From contig JBBQST010000001.1 in assembly GCA_038213625.1 (NCBI GenBank), positions 1 through 50,734 on the forward strand: DNA of 50,734 nucleotides. Reading direction: 5' to 3'. The position numbers and the translations under genes were made by a program. Under the pieces are notes generated by a model. The model was given only the letters and a program-made list of their open reading frames with translations. It did no database searches and was not told the origin of the DNA. Numbering within the stretch: position 1 is the first letter of the stretch; every line of letters starts with the position of its first letter. Below, piece by piece: positions 7,910-16,818 of the stretch. The DNA comes from Thermoflexales bacterium. Its GTDB lineage: Bacteria; Chloroflexota; Anaerolineae; J036; Brachytrichaceae.

Positions 7910-8993
7910 AGGCTATGAGCATCGCATCGCCGAAGGAATAGAAACGATAGCGCTGGCGGATGGCTTCGGCGTAGGCGCGTTGCATCGGCTCCAGACCCAT
8001 GAAGGCACCGACCAGGGCCAGCAATGTGGAGCGCGGCAGGTGAAAGTTGGTGATGAGCGCGTCGCAAACTTTGAACTGAAATCCCGGCGTAATATAAATA
8101 TGGGTGAAGCCGCTCCAACCGGCTTCGGGCTGGCCCTGCTCGCCCCAGGTTTCCAGCACCCGCAGGCTGGTGGTGCCAACGGCGATGATGCGGCCACCTC
8201 TGGCGTGAGTCTCACGAATGGCCAGCGCCGTTTGCGGCGTAATCTCGCACCACTCGGTGTGAATCTGATGCGCTTCAACCTCGGCCTCGTCAATGGGCTT
8301 GAACGTATCCAGGCCGACGTGCAAGGTGACAAAGGCGACGCCGACACCGTTGGATTGCAGTTCGCTCAGCAAGCGCGAGGTGAAGTGCAGGCCGGCGGTG
8401 GGTGCGGCGGCCGAGCCGGCCATACGCGCATAGACGGTCTGGTAGCGCGCTGGGTTTTGTAGCTTTTCGTGGATGTAGGGTGGCAACGGCATCTCGCCGA
8501 TGGCACTTAAGTAGGGTTCCACAGGTTCGCTGAAACGAACGATGCAGGTGGGGCCGTCGCGCCGCTCGATCACATCTGCTGTGAATGGGTGATCTGTGAC
8601 GCCATCAAACAGCACCTGCTCCACCCGCCGGCCGCCGACCAAACATTCCCAATCGGTCGGGTTGAGCTTGCGCAACAACAGCACCTCAGCTTTGCCACCG
8701 CTGGGCTTGTGGCCGGCGAGGCGGGCATTGAGCACACTGGTGTCGTTGGCCACCAATAGATCACCAGGCCGGAGCAACTGGGCGATATCTAAAAACTGCC
8801 TATGCGATATTTGGCCCGAGGATCGCTCAATCCCCATCAGCCGCGAGCTGTCGCGCGGCTCGACAGGGGTTTGGGCGATCAGGTCAGATGGAAGGTCATA
8901 CGCGAGTTCCGATGTTTGCACAGTGCCTGGATTGTAGCGAACTGGTTTCGATTGGGTGGATTCGCGAAAAGGGGCAATGGACGGCTCGGCCAC
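7908..8993 (-). CDS. queA: S-adenosylmethionine:tRNA ribosyltransferase-isomerase
   Basis: ORF track 7908..8993(-). QueA motifs ...YDLPSDLIAQTPVEPRDSSRLM... and ...TLHVGLDTFKP.... The listed start is a GTG. A shorter start (GTG at 8921, VQTSELAYDLP) is equally possible. Confidence 0.9.
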   Translation of the reverse strand: MAEPSIAPFRESTQSKPVRYNPGTVQTSELAYDLPSDLIAQTPVEPRDSSRLMGIERSSGQISHRQFLDIAQLLRPGDLLVANDTSVLNARLAGHKPSGGKAEVLLLRKLNPTDWECLVGGRRVEQVLFDGVTDHPFTADVIERRDGPTCIVRFSEPVEPYLSAIGEMPLPPYIHEKLQNPARYQTVYARMAGSAAAPTAGLHFTSRLLSELQSNGVGVAFVTLHVGLDTFKPIDEAEVEAHQIHTEWCEITPQTALAIRETHARGGRIIAVGTTSLRVLETWGEQGQPEAGWSGFTHIYITPGFQFKVCDALITNFHLPRSTLLALVGAFMGLEPMQRAYAEAIRQRYRFYSFGDAMLIA

Positions 8994-9095
8994 ATTGGCG
9001 CGAGAGAATTTCGTGCCTATAGTAGTCTGTCAACGCAAAGACTTTAAGTTGGTCCAAGGGCGAACCTGAGACTTGATGCAAACAATTAGCCCAAG

Positions 9096-9125
9096 CCGTT
9101 CATTTGCGGCCCGTTCATTTGCGGC
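9096..9125. promoter_or_regulatory. 15-bp direct repeat, operator-like, upstream of the Zn-ADH gene
   Basis: ccgttcatttgcggc occurs at 9096-9110 and again at 9111-9125. The second copy runs into the near-palindrome catttgcggcaaatg. Confidence 0.35.
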
Positions 9126-9156
9126 AAATGCAAGCATCGCTATCATCGAGCGTGTC

Positions 9157-10197
9157 ATGATGCACGACCTGGGCGATACCATTCGCACGGCCACTCTCTA
9201 CAACACGCTCGACGTGCGGGTGGATCGCGTCACACTGCCCAATCACCTGCGGCCCGATGAAGTTCTGGTTCAGGTTTCACACGCCGGCATTTGTGGCTCG
9301 GAGCTTCACGCCATCGAAGGCTACGAGATCGTTGCTGGCAACAAACCCAGCGCGCCATCTCAGCTGGGCCACGAGTATGCCGGCATCGTCACGCGCATTG
9401 GGGCGGACGTGACTGGCGTGCGCGTGGGGCAACGGGTTACGGCATTGCCGCGCGGCAATTGTGGCACGTGCGAACTGTGCCGCAACGGCATGGCCGCGTT
9501 GTGCCGCAAGGTCGTACCACGGGGCGGAGCCTGGGCCGACGCCATCATCCTGCCAGAATCGATGCTCTATGGGTTGCCCGATGATGTGCCGCTGAACATT
9601 GGCGCACTGACCGAGCCGATGTCGTGCGCGCTTCGGATTGTGGATCGCGCCGGCGTGCGACCCGGTGTGAATGTGTGCGTGATCGGGGCCGGCCCTATTG
9701 GCTTGTTCTCGGCCGTGCTGGCAAAACATGCCGGGGCGGCCAAAGTGATCGTGAGCGAACCTCGCGCCAGCCGCCGTGAAAGCGCCAGCCGCATGGGCAT
9801 CGACATCGTGGTGAATCCGAAGGAAACCGATCTGGTCGAGGTGGTGCGGCAGCATACAAACGGCCGCGGCGTTGAGTGCAGTATTGAATCGGTGGGGCTG
9901 GAGCCGGCACTGTCCCAGGCGATTCAGGTTGTGGCCATCGGCGGCACCGTGTTGTGGGGTGGCGTCGCACCTACGAGCGTCAGTGTGCCCATCTCACCCA
10001 ACGACATGTTTATGCGCGAATACACCCTGCGCACCTCGTGGGGCGGTATTCTGGAATATGAGCGCACCATTCGCATGCTTCAGGCGATTGACTGGTCGCC
10101 GTTGGCGCATGAGATATTTTCACTCGACGACGTGATGACCGCCGTGAACTATTCTCGAAAAGAGGCAGCCGGTAAAGTGCTGCTGAGCATGCAATGA
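9157..10197 (+). CDS. zinc-dependent alcohol/polyol dehydrogenase (MDR family)
   Basis: ORF track 9073..10197(+). I moved the start to ATG 9157 (MMHDLGD...). Catalytic Zn motif GHEYAG, structural Zn cluster GNCGTCELCRNGMAALC, NAD fold VIGAGPIGL. Confidence 0.85.
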   Translation: MMHDLGDTIRTATLYNTLDVRVDRVTLPNHLRPDEVLVQVSHAGICGSELHAIEGYEIVAGNKPSAPSQLGHEYAGIVTRIGADVTGVRVGQRVTALPRGNCGTCELCRNGMAALCRKVVPRGGAWADAIILPESMLYGLPDDVPLNIGALTEPMSCALRIVDRAGVRPGVNVCVIGAGPIGLFSAVLAKHAGAAKVIVSEPRASRRESASRMGIDIVVNPKETDLVEVVRQHTNGRGVECSIESVGLEPALSQAIQVVAIGGTVLWGGVAPTSVSVPISPNDMFMREYTLRTSWGGILEYERTIRMLQAIDWSPLAHEIFSLDDVMTAVNYSRKEAAGKVLLSMQ

Positions 10198-10895
10198 AAA
10201 TTTTCTCAATGAACTCACCCGCTGATCAGGTGTTGTGCGACACGCCCGTTTGCTACACCGAAATCCGCCACATCCACACCGGCGAGACATTTGATGGAGC
10301 CGCTGAGGCGCACACCGAAACGGTGTTGTGCATCGTGTCCGGCAGTCTGCATATCAAAGCGGATATTGGCGGCAAAATCAGCCACGCAAACCTGACGGAT
10401 ATGCAAGGGGCACAACTCCCGGCAGGCAGTTCCTGGTCGGCCAGCGCCACGTCCAAAACGGTCAAAGTGTTGCGGATCGACAGTCCCCATCCCAATCACA
10501 CCGCAGAACAAAATCTCATCGCACCGTTGCGCCAGTTACACACGTTCAAAGTCGCGGCCCAACAATCGCTGGTGTATACCGACTACGTTCGCGGTGGGGT
10601 ATTGAAGTTTGCGCCGCGCTTTGCGGCAGACAAGCACTATCACGAACGCGCGGATGAAATCTTCTGGTTTTTTGAGGGTACCTGTCACATCACCACAGTC
10701 AAAGAAGATAGGCTGTTGCCGGCCGGCAGCATCGTTTACACACCCGCCGATGAATGGCACATCATTGCCAATGATGGGGGCACGCCCTTGCTCATGTTTC
10801 TAGCTGTCACACCCAATGTCGTGCCCAGCCACACGTTCTTCAACCCCGACGGCACACCCTATGCGCGCAGTATGGAGCCGCTGACACACATTTAG
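10194..10895 (+). CDS. bicupin-like cupin domain protein
   Basis: ORF track. ATGA start/stop overlap with the ADH gene. Two cupin-like halves; the second carries ...HYHERADEIFWFFEG... and ...YTPADEWHII.... Confidence 0.65.
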   Translation: MKIFSMNSPADQVLCDTPVCYTEIRHIHTGETFDGAAEAHTETVLCIVSGSLHIKADIGGKISHANLTDMQGAQLPAGSSWSASATSKTVKVLRIDSPHPNHTAEQNLIAPLRQLHTFKVAAQQSLVYTDYVRGGVLKFAPRFAADKHYHERADEIFWFFEGTCHITTVKEDRLLPAGSIVYTPADEWHIIANDGGTPLLMFLAVTPNVVPSHTFFNPDGTPYARSMEPLTHI

Positions 10896-10898
10896 CGA

Positions 10899-11780
10899 TC
10901 ACGAATTGGCGTTGGCAATTTCGCCGAACCAGTGCTCGACGTTGTAGCCGGTCCAGTTCTTCTTCTCGCCAGCCTGAAAAATGGCCGCGCCGCGCAATGG
11001 GCTTGAATTTGTGACGCCGTTGATTGTCAACGGCAAACTATTCACCTTGATAAATTCACGGCACCACGCGTTGACCTCGGCATTACCCGCTTGATGGGCT
11101 GGGAACCCACCGACGCCGCCCTCATCCACACCGGTCTCATCACAGTAGATACCCAGCAAACGTGGATCAGGGTCGAAGCCACATTTGGTGAACAGGAACT
11201 CCCACCGGCGTTCGAACCAGATGCGCTGATCGCCCTCGCCGATGGCACGTTCGCCGCCGTAGTCAACCGTCGCTATGTGACCATCGCGGCCCACCGGCAA
11301 CCGCAGCACGCCGTTCTCATCCAGGGGGTTATTTGCGAGGTCGGTCAAATCGATGGCCTTGTTGCGGCCAAAAATCCAGCCCATATTGGGTGAATACAAA
11401 TGCATGTTCAGGGCGAAAATGCCGGCGTTGTAGGCTGGTGCATAAAAGCGGCGCATCGCATCGCAGATGGCAGGATTGGTAAAGTCGGGAGTGCCCATGC
11501 TAAATCCGCCGGCCGCATAGAGGGTGCCGTGGGTTTTGCACCGCTCGCCCATCGCCACATCAAATTTGGCGCGCTGTTCAATCTCGCCAGGTGAGCCGTA
11601 GCAATAACTATCGCACTCGTTGAGCGGCGAGACGAACACCACGCCGTTGCCCATCTTGGTTTCACCGCTAAACAAATCCACACTGGGGATACCGCTGCCG
11701 TGCGGCAAAAACCGGCGATACATGACGACGGCGTCCGGATGCTTCTGCTTGAACTCGACTGCGGCCAAAAGCCCTTCCAT
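10899..11780 (-). CDS. TIM-barrel glycoside-hydrolase-like domain (probable 3' part of a frameshifted gene)
   Basis: ORF track. Upstream of its ATG the same frame stays open and reads ...FAGAAYQAGIRSFLIMEGLL.... See the frameshift finding. Confidence 0.6.
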   Translation of the reverse strand: MEGLLAAVEFKQKHPDAVVMYRRFLPHGSGIPSVDLFSGETKMGNGVVFVSPLNECDSYCYGSPGEIEQRAKFDVAMGERCKTHGTLYAAGGFSMGTPDFTNPAICDAMRRFYAPAYNAGIFALNMHLYSPNMGWIFGRNKAIDLTDLANNPLDENGVLRLPVGRDGHIATVDYGGERAIGEGDQRIWFERRWEFLFTKCGFDPDPRLLGIYCDETGVDEGGVGGFPAHQAGNAEVNAWCREFIKVNSLPLTINGVTNSSPLRGAAIFQAGEKKNWTGYNVEHWFGEIANANS

Positions 11781-11782
11781 GA

Positions 11783-12148
11783 TCAGGAATGAGCGTATGC
11801 CAGCCTGATAGGCGGCTCCAGCAAATGATGATTGACGAGGACGCTGATGCCTAATTTGAAGGCCGTTCGCTTCATGGGCTCAGGTTGAGGGACCGGCACA
11901 GGAGCGTCCGAAGTTCGAATAAGCTCGGTGTCTCCGTCTTGAAGAATCGAGTAGAGCAATTCCTGACGTTGACCCTCACGTGCGTAGATTACATAGCGCG
12001 GATCGCTGTAAACGAACCAGCCATTGACCACTTCGCCACTCAGGACCTGGCCGGCCCTAAGCACCAGCGGGGTCCAGGATGCATCGGATACCTCGGGCAA
12101 AGTTCGAACACGCACTTCATTAATGACACTGGCTTTGATCGGTGACAT
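11783..12148 (-). CDS. SH3b-like domain plus Pro-rich linker (probable 5' part of the same frameshifted gene)
   Basis: ORF track. ...VRVRTLPEVSDASWTPLVLRAGQVLSGEVVNGWFVY... looks like a bacterial SH3 domain. It is followed by APVPVPQPEP and the beginning of a barrel (FKLGISVLVNHH). Confidence 0.55.
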   Translation of the reverse strand: MSPIKASVINEVRVRTLPEVSDASWTPLVLRAGQVLSGEVVNGWFVYSDPRYVIYAREGQRQELLYSILQDGDTELIRTSDAPVPVPQPEPMKRTAFKLGISVLVNHHLLEPPIRLAYAHS

Positions 12149-12309
12149 TGGTTTTTACCTCCGCTACATAGCATGAGCATGCCAACCAGAATATTGTTAA
12201 ATGCATCTACCAGCGCTGCTGCAGAACCACTTTATTAAATTCGATGCGTGTCAGGCGATGCTGTATGCAAACTCGCCAATCGCTGGCGTTGATGCGATCT
12301 GAACGTGTG

Positions 12310-13137
12310 CTAGCTTGCCGAGGCGGCCAACGCCGTGTTTGGCACGCCAATGTCCTTCCTCGGATACAGCCACAGGATACCGGCAATGATGATGGCTTGA
12401 ATACTCCACTGGACGAATGCCACCGACAATGGGATCGTGCCGACAAAAACTTCGTAGGCAGAATTCAGGCATCCAAATGCCTGGCTGCTGATGACGACCC
12501 AGATAAAGATGCGGTAGCGCCGAACATCTTTAGCGGCCAGCAAGCTACTCAGACCAATGACCAGAAAGGCAATACCTTGCTGTTTGGTGGTATAGCTGTC
12601 GATCACCGGGTAATTCAGCAGCCAGGAACCCAGCGGAATGATGATGGTCGAGGCTACGGCCCAGAACACAAAAAGCACGCCAAACCCCAGCATAATCCGG
12701 CGCATCCAGCGCAACCGCCCAGTCGACGGGCCAGGTAACCATGGCGCATCATGGATCCGACTGTTCAGCACCACCAGAGCTGCTGTGATCAATAACTCAC
12801 CTGTAAGCACCACCAAAAACACGGGCACAGACAGATCACCGACGATCAAGTCATTCAGGGCCAGAACGGCCGCTGTGGCATGTTGCGCCACACCCACCCA
12901 GAGTAGCCGGGCATATCGCTCTGGATCACGGGCGAGCAGGGCATAAAACAGTGCCACGGTCAGCAGAAAGATACCATATTGCCGGGTGATCACGGGATCT
13001 ACAATCGATCTTCCCAGTGCAGAATACAGCCACGACTGTTGAGTTAAAAACAGAACCGCGCGCAGCAAATCGACCACTGCCAGTACGATGAGAAGTGTTC
13101 GCAAGACGCCGCGAAGTGAGGATGGCTTTCTATCCAT
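12310..13137 (-). CDS. polytopic membrane protein, internally duplicated, unknown function
   Basis: ORF track 12310..13203(-). I moved the start to ATG 13137 (MDRKPSSLRG...). Eight predicted hydrophobic helices in two similar halves. Confidence 0.6.
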   Translation of the reverse strand: MDRKPSSLRGVLRTLLIVLAVVDLLRAVLFLTQQSWLYSALGRSIVDPVITRQYGIFLLTVALFYALLARDPERYARLLWVGVAQHATAAVLALNDLIVGDLSVPVFLVVLTGELLITAALVVLNSRIHDAPWLPGPSTGRLRWMRRIMLGFGVLFVFWAVASTIIIPLGSWLLNYPVIDSYTTKQQGIAFLVIGLSSLLAAKDVRRYRIFIWVVISSQAFGCLNSAYEVFVGTIPLSVAFVQWSIQAIIIAGILWLYPRKDIGVPNTALAASAS

Positions 13138-13253
13138 TTGGGTCAGAATTTTATGAATATAACATAGGAGAACGACCCTGCTAATGACGCATCCGGCCCC
13201 CACGCAACGCCGAGGTGATAAGCCTCAAATGACAGGCAAACCAAGGTGCATGC

Positions 13254-13284
13254 AAAAAAATCAGCCGCACGTCAGGTGCGGCTG
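13254..13284 (-). terminator. Rho-independent terminator closing the puf-pucC operon
   Basis: Minus strand: CAGCCGCAC-CUGAC-GUGCGGCUG (9-bp stem), then A followed by seven Us. It sits 63 nt after the stop of 13347..13823(-). Confidence 0.7.
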
Positions 13285-13346
13285 AAGCTCAGCATCGATA
13301 AGCCGCCGCTGATTTTAACGAAAGCGACTGGCATCCCGAGCAAGGC

Positions 13347-13823
13347 CTAGGCCTGTGAGGCCGGCATCGCTTGCAAGTTGGACTCAATCTTTTCGGCCCA
13401 ACGTTGGGGGGAGTCTGTTTGAAAACCGATCCACTCGCCTTGTTTATTTTGAATGGCGAGAAATGGGCCCCCGCCCCAACGGCCATTGAATTTGCGCACC
13501 AGTCGAACGGCCGTGATGTCCGCCAGTCGGATGACAATTTCGCGGTTGGGGGCCAGTTGGGCAAAGCGAACATCCTGCTGCGTCAACACCAACGCACCAT
13601 TGCCGCGCATACTGAAGAGACGGCGCTGATTCAAGAAATTGGCCAGCGAAGGGCCCTGCTCAAACTTCATGTTTTGCATCGACCAGCTCTGCACTGTCAC
13701 TCGAAAATGCTTGCGCAGATCTCGAATGGTCAGCGAGGTTGCCAGAGCAACCAGAATGAGCACGACGATGATGCCGGCCACCAGCAAAACAATGGGGTAA
13801 ATAATTGGGTTGAACGGTGCCAT
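13347..13823 (-). CDS. membrane-anchored protein with bacterial PH/GRAM-like domain
   Basis: ORF track. N-terminal TM helix (IIYPIVLLVAGIIVVLILVALA), then a soluble domain (...NGALVLTQQDVRFAQL...GEWIGFQT...). Confidence 0.55.
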   Translation of the reverse strand: MAPFNPIIYPIVLLVAGIIVVLILVALATSLTIRDLRKHFRVTVQSWSMQNMKFEQGPSLANFLNQRRLFSMRGNGALVLTQQDVRFAQLAPNREIVIRLADITAVRLVRKFNGRWGGGPFLAIQNKQGEWIGFQTDSPQRWAEKIESNLQAMPASQA

Positions 13824-13830
13824 GATTCAG

Positions 13831-13986
13831 TTAGTCGTCGTTGGGATTATGCTCGCCACCCTCTTTCTGGATCACGGACTTGGGCTTAAAGCTATCGAAA
13901 ACGGCATTTGAATCGGTAAAGGCAAATGCCACGAACAGGCCAACTGAACCCAGAAGCAACAGCGAAAAGCACAGTAGAGATTCCAT
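13831..13986 (-). CDS. unannotated 51-aa single-TM protein
   Basis: Hand translation: MESLLCFSLLLLGSVGLFVAFAFTDSNAVFDSFKPKSVIQKEGGEHNPNDD. GAGGTG lies 3 nt before the ATG. The stop is 7 nt before the next gene. Too short for the ORF track. Confidence 0.35.
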   Translation of the reverse strand: MESLLCFSLLLLGSVGLFVAFAFTDSNAVFDSFKPKSVIQKEGGEHNPNDD

Positions 13987-14051
13987 ATACACCTCTTACA
14001 CTTTTACAAAGTGAAGTGATATCGACTTATTAAGCCGACTGATTGACTTGA

Positions 14052-15383
14052 TTAACTTCCCGGAATATCCGTAAGTCCACTAAACGCGCTATCGCCGGTA
14101 TGCCGGGTGACCAGTTTATTACGCCTCAACACGCCCAGAAAAATTAGCGCAACCACGATCAGCACCATCTCAGCCACATACACGGCCGCGTAACCATTTG
14201 CCACACTGTTGGTTGAACTCGCGATGACGTCGCGAACGTTACTACCAATCAGGCTTCCCAGACCGGAGGCCGTGGTTTGAGTCAGACCCCACAAACCGAC
14301 GTACAGACCGGCTGTCTTCAAATCGGCCAACCCCATGATCATCGATAAGGTTGAGATGAGGAATAGGCCATTGGCTACGCCGATAATGGCAGCACCCGTT
14401 GCAAACATCTCGACCGATTGAGCCACGCTGGCATAGGTGATGAGACCAAAGCCGACCAGCCCAACCAGACACCCCCAGATCACAACGACCAGAGGTGAAC
14501 GCACCCGTGTTAATGCCCGCCACGCGATCAACATCGCCACCAGCATGCCGATGCCCCATAGCGCCGTGAGCCCACTGGTCTGGCTCACCGTCATGCGTAA
14601 AACCTCGCCGCCATAGGGTTCCAATAAAATATCTTGCGACGTGAGGCCCAGTGTGCCGAAGAAGACAATGGCAAAAAACAACCTGACTCGATTCGACGCA
14701 AAAACCTTCATCACCTGACCGGTGAGCATCTCATCCTCTTCAGTGATGATGACCGGTTTGTCCTGCTTCCAGATGGCTGTGATGGCCAGTGCAACAAAGA
14801 CAATCGACGACGTTTGCATGACCTGAACCAGCTTAAACGGGCTGAAGTCAACCAGCCACAGACTCAAGATCACTGAACTAATAATCTGGCCCAGAATCAA
14901 CATCGTCCACAAAAAGGCTACTGCACGGCTGCGTTCATTTTTTGGCACCAGATCGGTCACCAGCGCCAGATAACCTGTTTGAGAGATGTGCACACCCAGC
15001 GCGTATACCAGAAAGATAATCGTGCAGGCGACGATGGCCAGACCAAACGGCGTGTGATCCTGCCCGATCGTCGATGATTTGCTGAGTAACAGTAATGAGA
15101 ATGGCGCCGAGGCCAGCGCACAGAACACCATCATCATGCCGTACCAGATGTAGGGCAGACGCCGGTAGCCAAACGTTTTCTTCTCGCGATCCGAGCGAAT
15201 GCCCATCAGCGCACGCACCGGCGCAACGAACAAACCCAGGCTTAGAAGCCAGCCAATGATGCCGGCGGGAACCCCCTCTTCGGAGATCAGCACACGATTC
15301 AACGCGCCATTAAAGATGACAACGGCAAACCCCAGACCAAATTGAAACAAGCTCAGTCGAAACAGCTTCTTGTTAATAACCAT
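14052..15383 (-). CDS. pucC: PucC/LhaA-family (bacteriochlorophyll delivery, BCD) MFS protein
   Basis: ORF track. N-terminal signature ...FRLSLFQFGLGFAVVIFNGALNRVLISEEGVPAGIIGWLLSL...RALMGIRSD...GYRRLPYIW... and 12-TM layout. Immediately downstream of pufC. Confidence 0.85.
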   Translation of the reverse strand: MVINKKLFRLSLFQFGLGFAVVIFNGALNRVLISEEGVPAGIIGWLLSLGLFVAPVRALMGIRSDREKKTFGYRRLPYIWYGMMMVFCALASAPFSLLLLSKSSTIGQDHTPFGLAIVACTIIFLVYALGVHISQTGYLALVTDLVPKNERSRAVAFLWTMLILGQIISSVILSLWLVDFSPFKLVQVMQTSSIVFVALAITAIWKQDKPVIITEEDEMLTGQVMKVFASNRVRLFFAIVFFGTLGLTSQDILLEPYGGEVLRMTVSQTSGLTALWGIGMLVAMLIAWRALTRVRSPLVVVIWGCLVGLVGFGLITYASVAQSVEMFATGAAIIGVANGLFLISTLSMIMGLADLKTAGLYVGLWGLTQTTASGLGSLIGSNVRDVIASSTNSVANGYAAVYVAEMVLIVVALIFLGVLRRNKLVTRHTGDSAFSGLTDIPGS

Positions 15384-15588
15384 GACGATTCAAACGGAAT
15401 TCCAAACCCTGCACTGACGCTTTATCAATTTCATTTGACAGATAAAGCGCGCTGTATGTTTTGGGTTCGACGTACTCTGCACATACACAACCAACTGATG
15501 AATGTGCAGAGCATATCGAACTCATCAGCCTGCCTACTATGAGCAAGCCATTACCCTACTTCGATCTACTGAAAAGTCGGCCACCGTT

Positions 15589-16752
15589 CTAGGGTTTCGG
15601 CAGCACCGAAATTGGAATTGGAATGTCTTGAAGCGGCGCAAGTAACGGCGCAGCTACCTTTTGAATAGGCTCAGTCGGAGCGATATCTCCCGGTGGAACC
15701 ACATATCCGCGATGGCACATGTAGCAATTCGGCGCAACGGCTTGATCCGGCGCGGCGACTGAATTTGCATCCAGAGGCGGAAGCTGGGGAAGCCAGTTCA
15801 CTGTGAGATCTTGCAACATGCCCAGCATATGTCGCGCCTGGGCCTTTGGATACTTGTAAGTCCCATCGGGCAGGCTGTATGAACGGAAGTAGCCGCCGTA
15901 GTGACAGAAATCGCAGCCAACGCCCAGCGCTGTATTCATGTGATACATCGCATTTTGATTGCGAGCGGTATCGTTCAGACCCGGCGGCGTGGTCCTGTCG
16001 GCAATGACCTGGAAGTAATTCACACGGCCATCTGCGTCCGGCAGGCTTCCCAGGAAGCGCTCGTCGGCGAAGGTGTAGTCATAGGGCATGCCGCCACCGG
16101 CAACGCCAAACGACTCCTGTGATTTTGCCTTCAGATCTTTATTCCAGAATTTGGCGACGCCGTTGTGACAGCTCGCGCACTGCAACTGATAGATCACCTG
16201 ACCTTCCGGTCTGGGGATACTTTCCACCCATTTGTTCTGCACCTCGAACATCATCACAAACATGTTCCGTGCATTCAACTTGGTGGGCTTTTCATCCGCC
16301 GAGAAGTCCGCGAGGTTGTGGCAGTATTCGCAGCTCTGCCCCAGGCCCGTCGTGACATACTGGCTCATATAGCCAAATATGGCAGCCGTATCCTCGTATT
16401 TGGCCCCAAGATACTTGGTCAGCACCTGCACATTCTTGGTCTTGGGATTAGCAGCCGCCCAAACGCCATAGGCTGCGGCAGCCTCCGGGCTAATCTGGGT
16501 GGGCGTTATATTTTTGGACGTGAGATATTGAAGGAAGTTAACCTTCTGAACACCCGCATAGTTGTACTCATACTCAGCCCGAAAGCCTTCCGTTGCACGA
16601 GTCTCGCCCTGCCATACTGAGATGACAATGACACCGACCAGCGCCATAACCGTAAACGCAATCAGGCCAACCAGTTCACCACGCAGAATTTGTCTTTGGC
16701 GATCGTTATAACCAGCGATGGGACCATCGACGGTTTCATGCACATTCCTCAT
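15589..16752 (-). CDS. pufC: reaction-centre tetrahaem cytochrome c subunit
   Basis: ORF track. N-terminal TM anchor and four CxxCH haem motifs (CEYCH, CASCH, CDFCH, CYMCH). Directly downstream of pufM. Confidence 0.9.
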   Translation of the reverse strand: MRNVHETVDGPIAGYNDRQRQILRGELVGLIAFTVMALVGVIVISVWQGETRATEGFRAEYEYNYAGVQKVNFLQYLTSKNITPTQISPEAAAAYGVWAAANPKTKNVQVLTKYLGAKYEDTAAIFGYMSQYVTTGLGQSCEYCHNLADFSADEKPTKLNARNMFVMMFEVQNKWVESIPRPEGQVIYQLQCASCHNGVAKFWNKDLKAKSQESFGVAGGGMPYDYTFADERFLGSLPDADGRVNYFQVIADRTTPPGLNDTARNQNAMYHMNTALGVGCDFCHYGGYFRSYSLPDGTYKYPKAQARHMLGMLQDLTVNWLPQLPPLDANSVAAPDQAVAPNCYMCHRGYVVPPGDIAPTEPIQKVAAPLLAPLQDIPIPISVLPKP

Positions 16753-16818
16753 AAATACCTGCTTTAACCTGGCTTACCTCATTTGCTTAATTTTTAAGAT
16801 GAAGCAAACCAGATTTGT

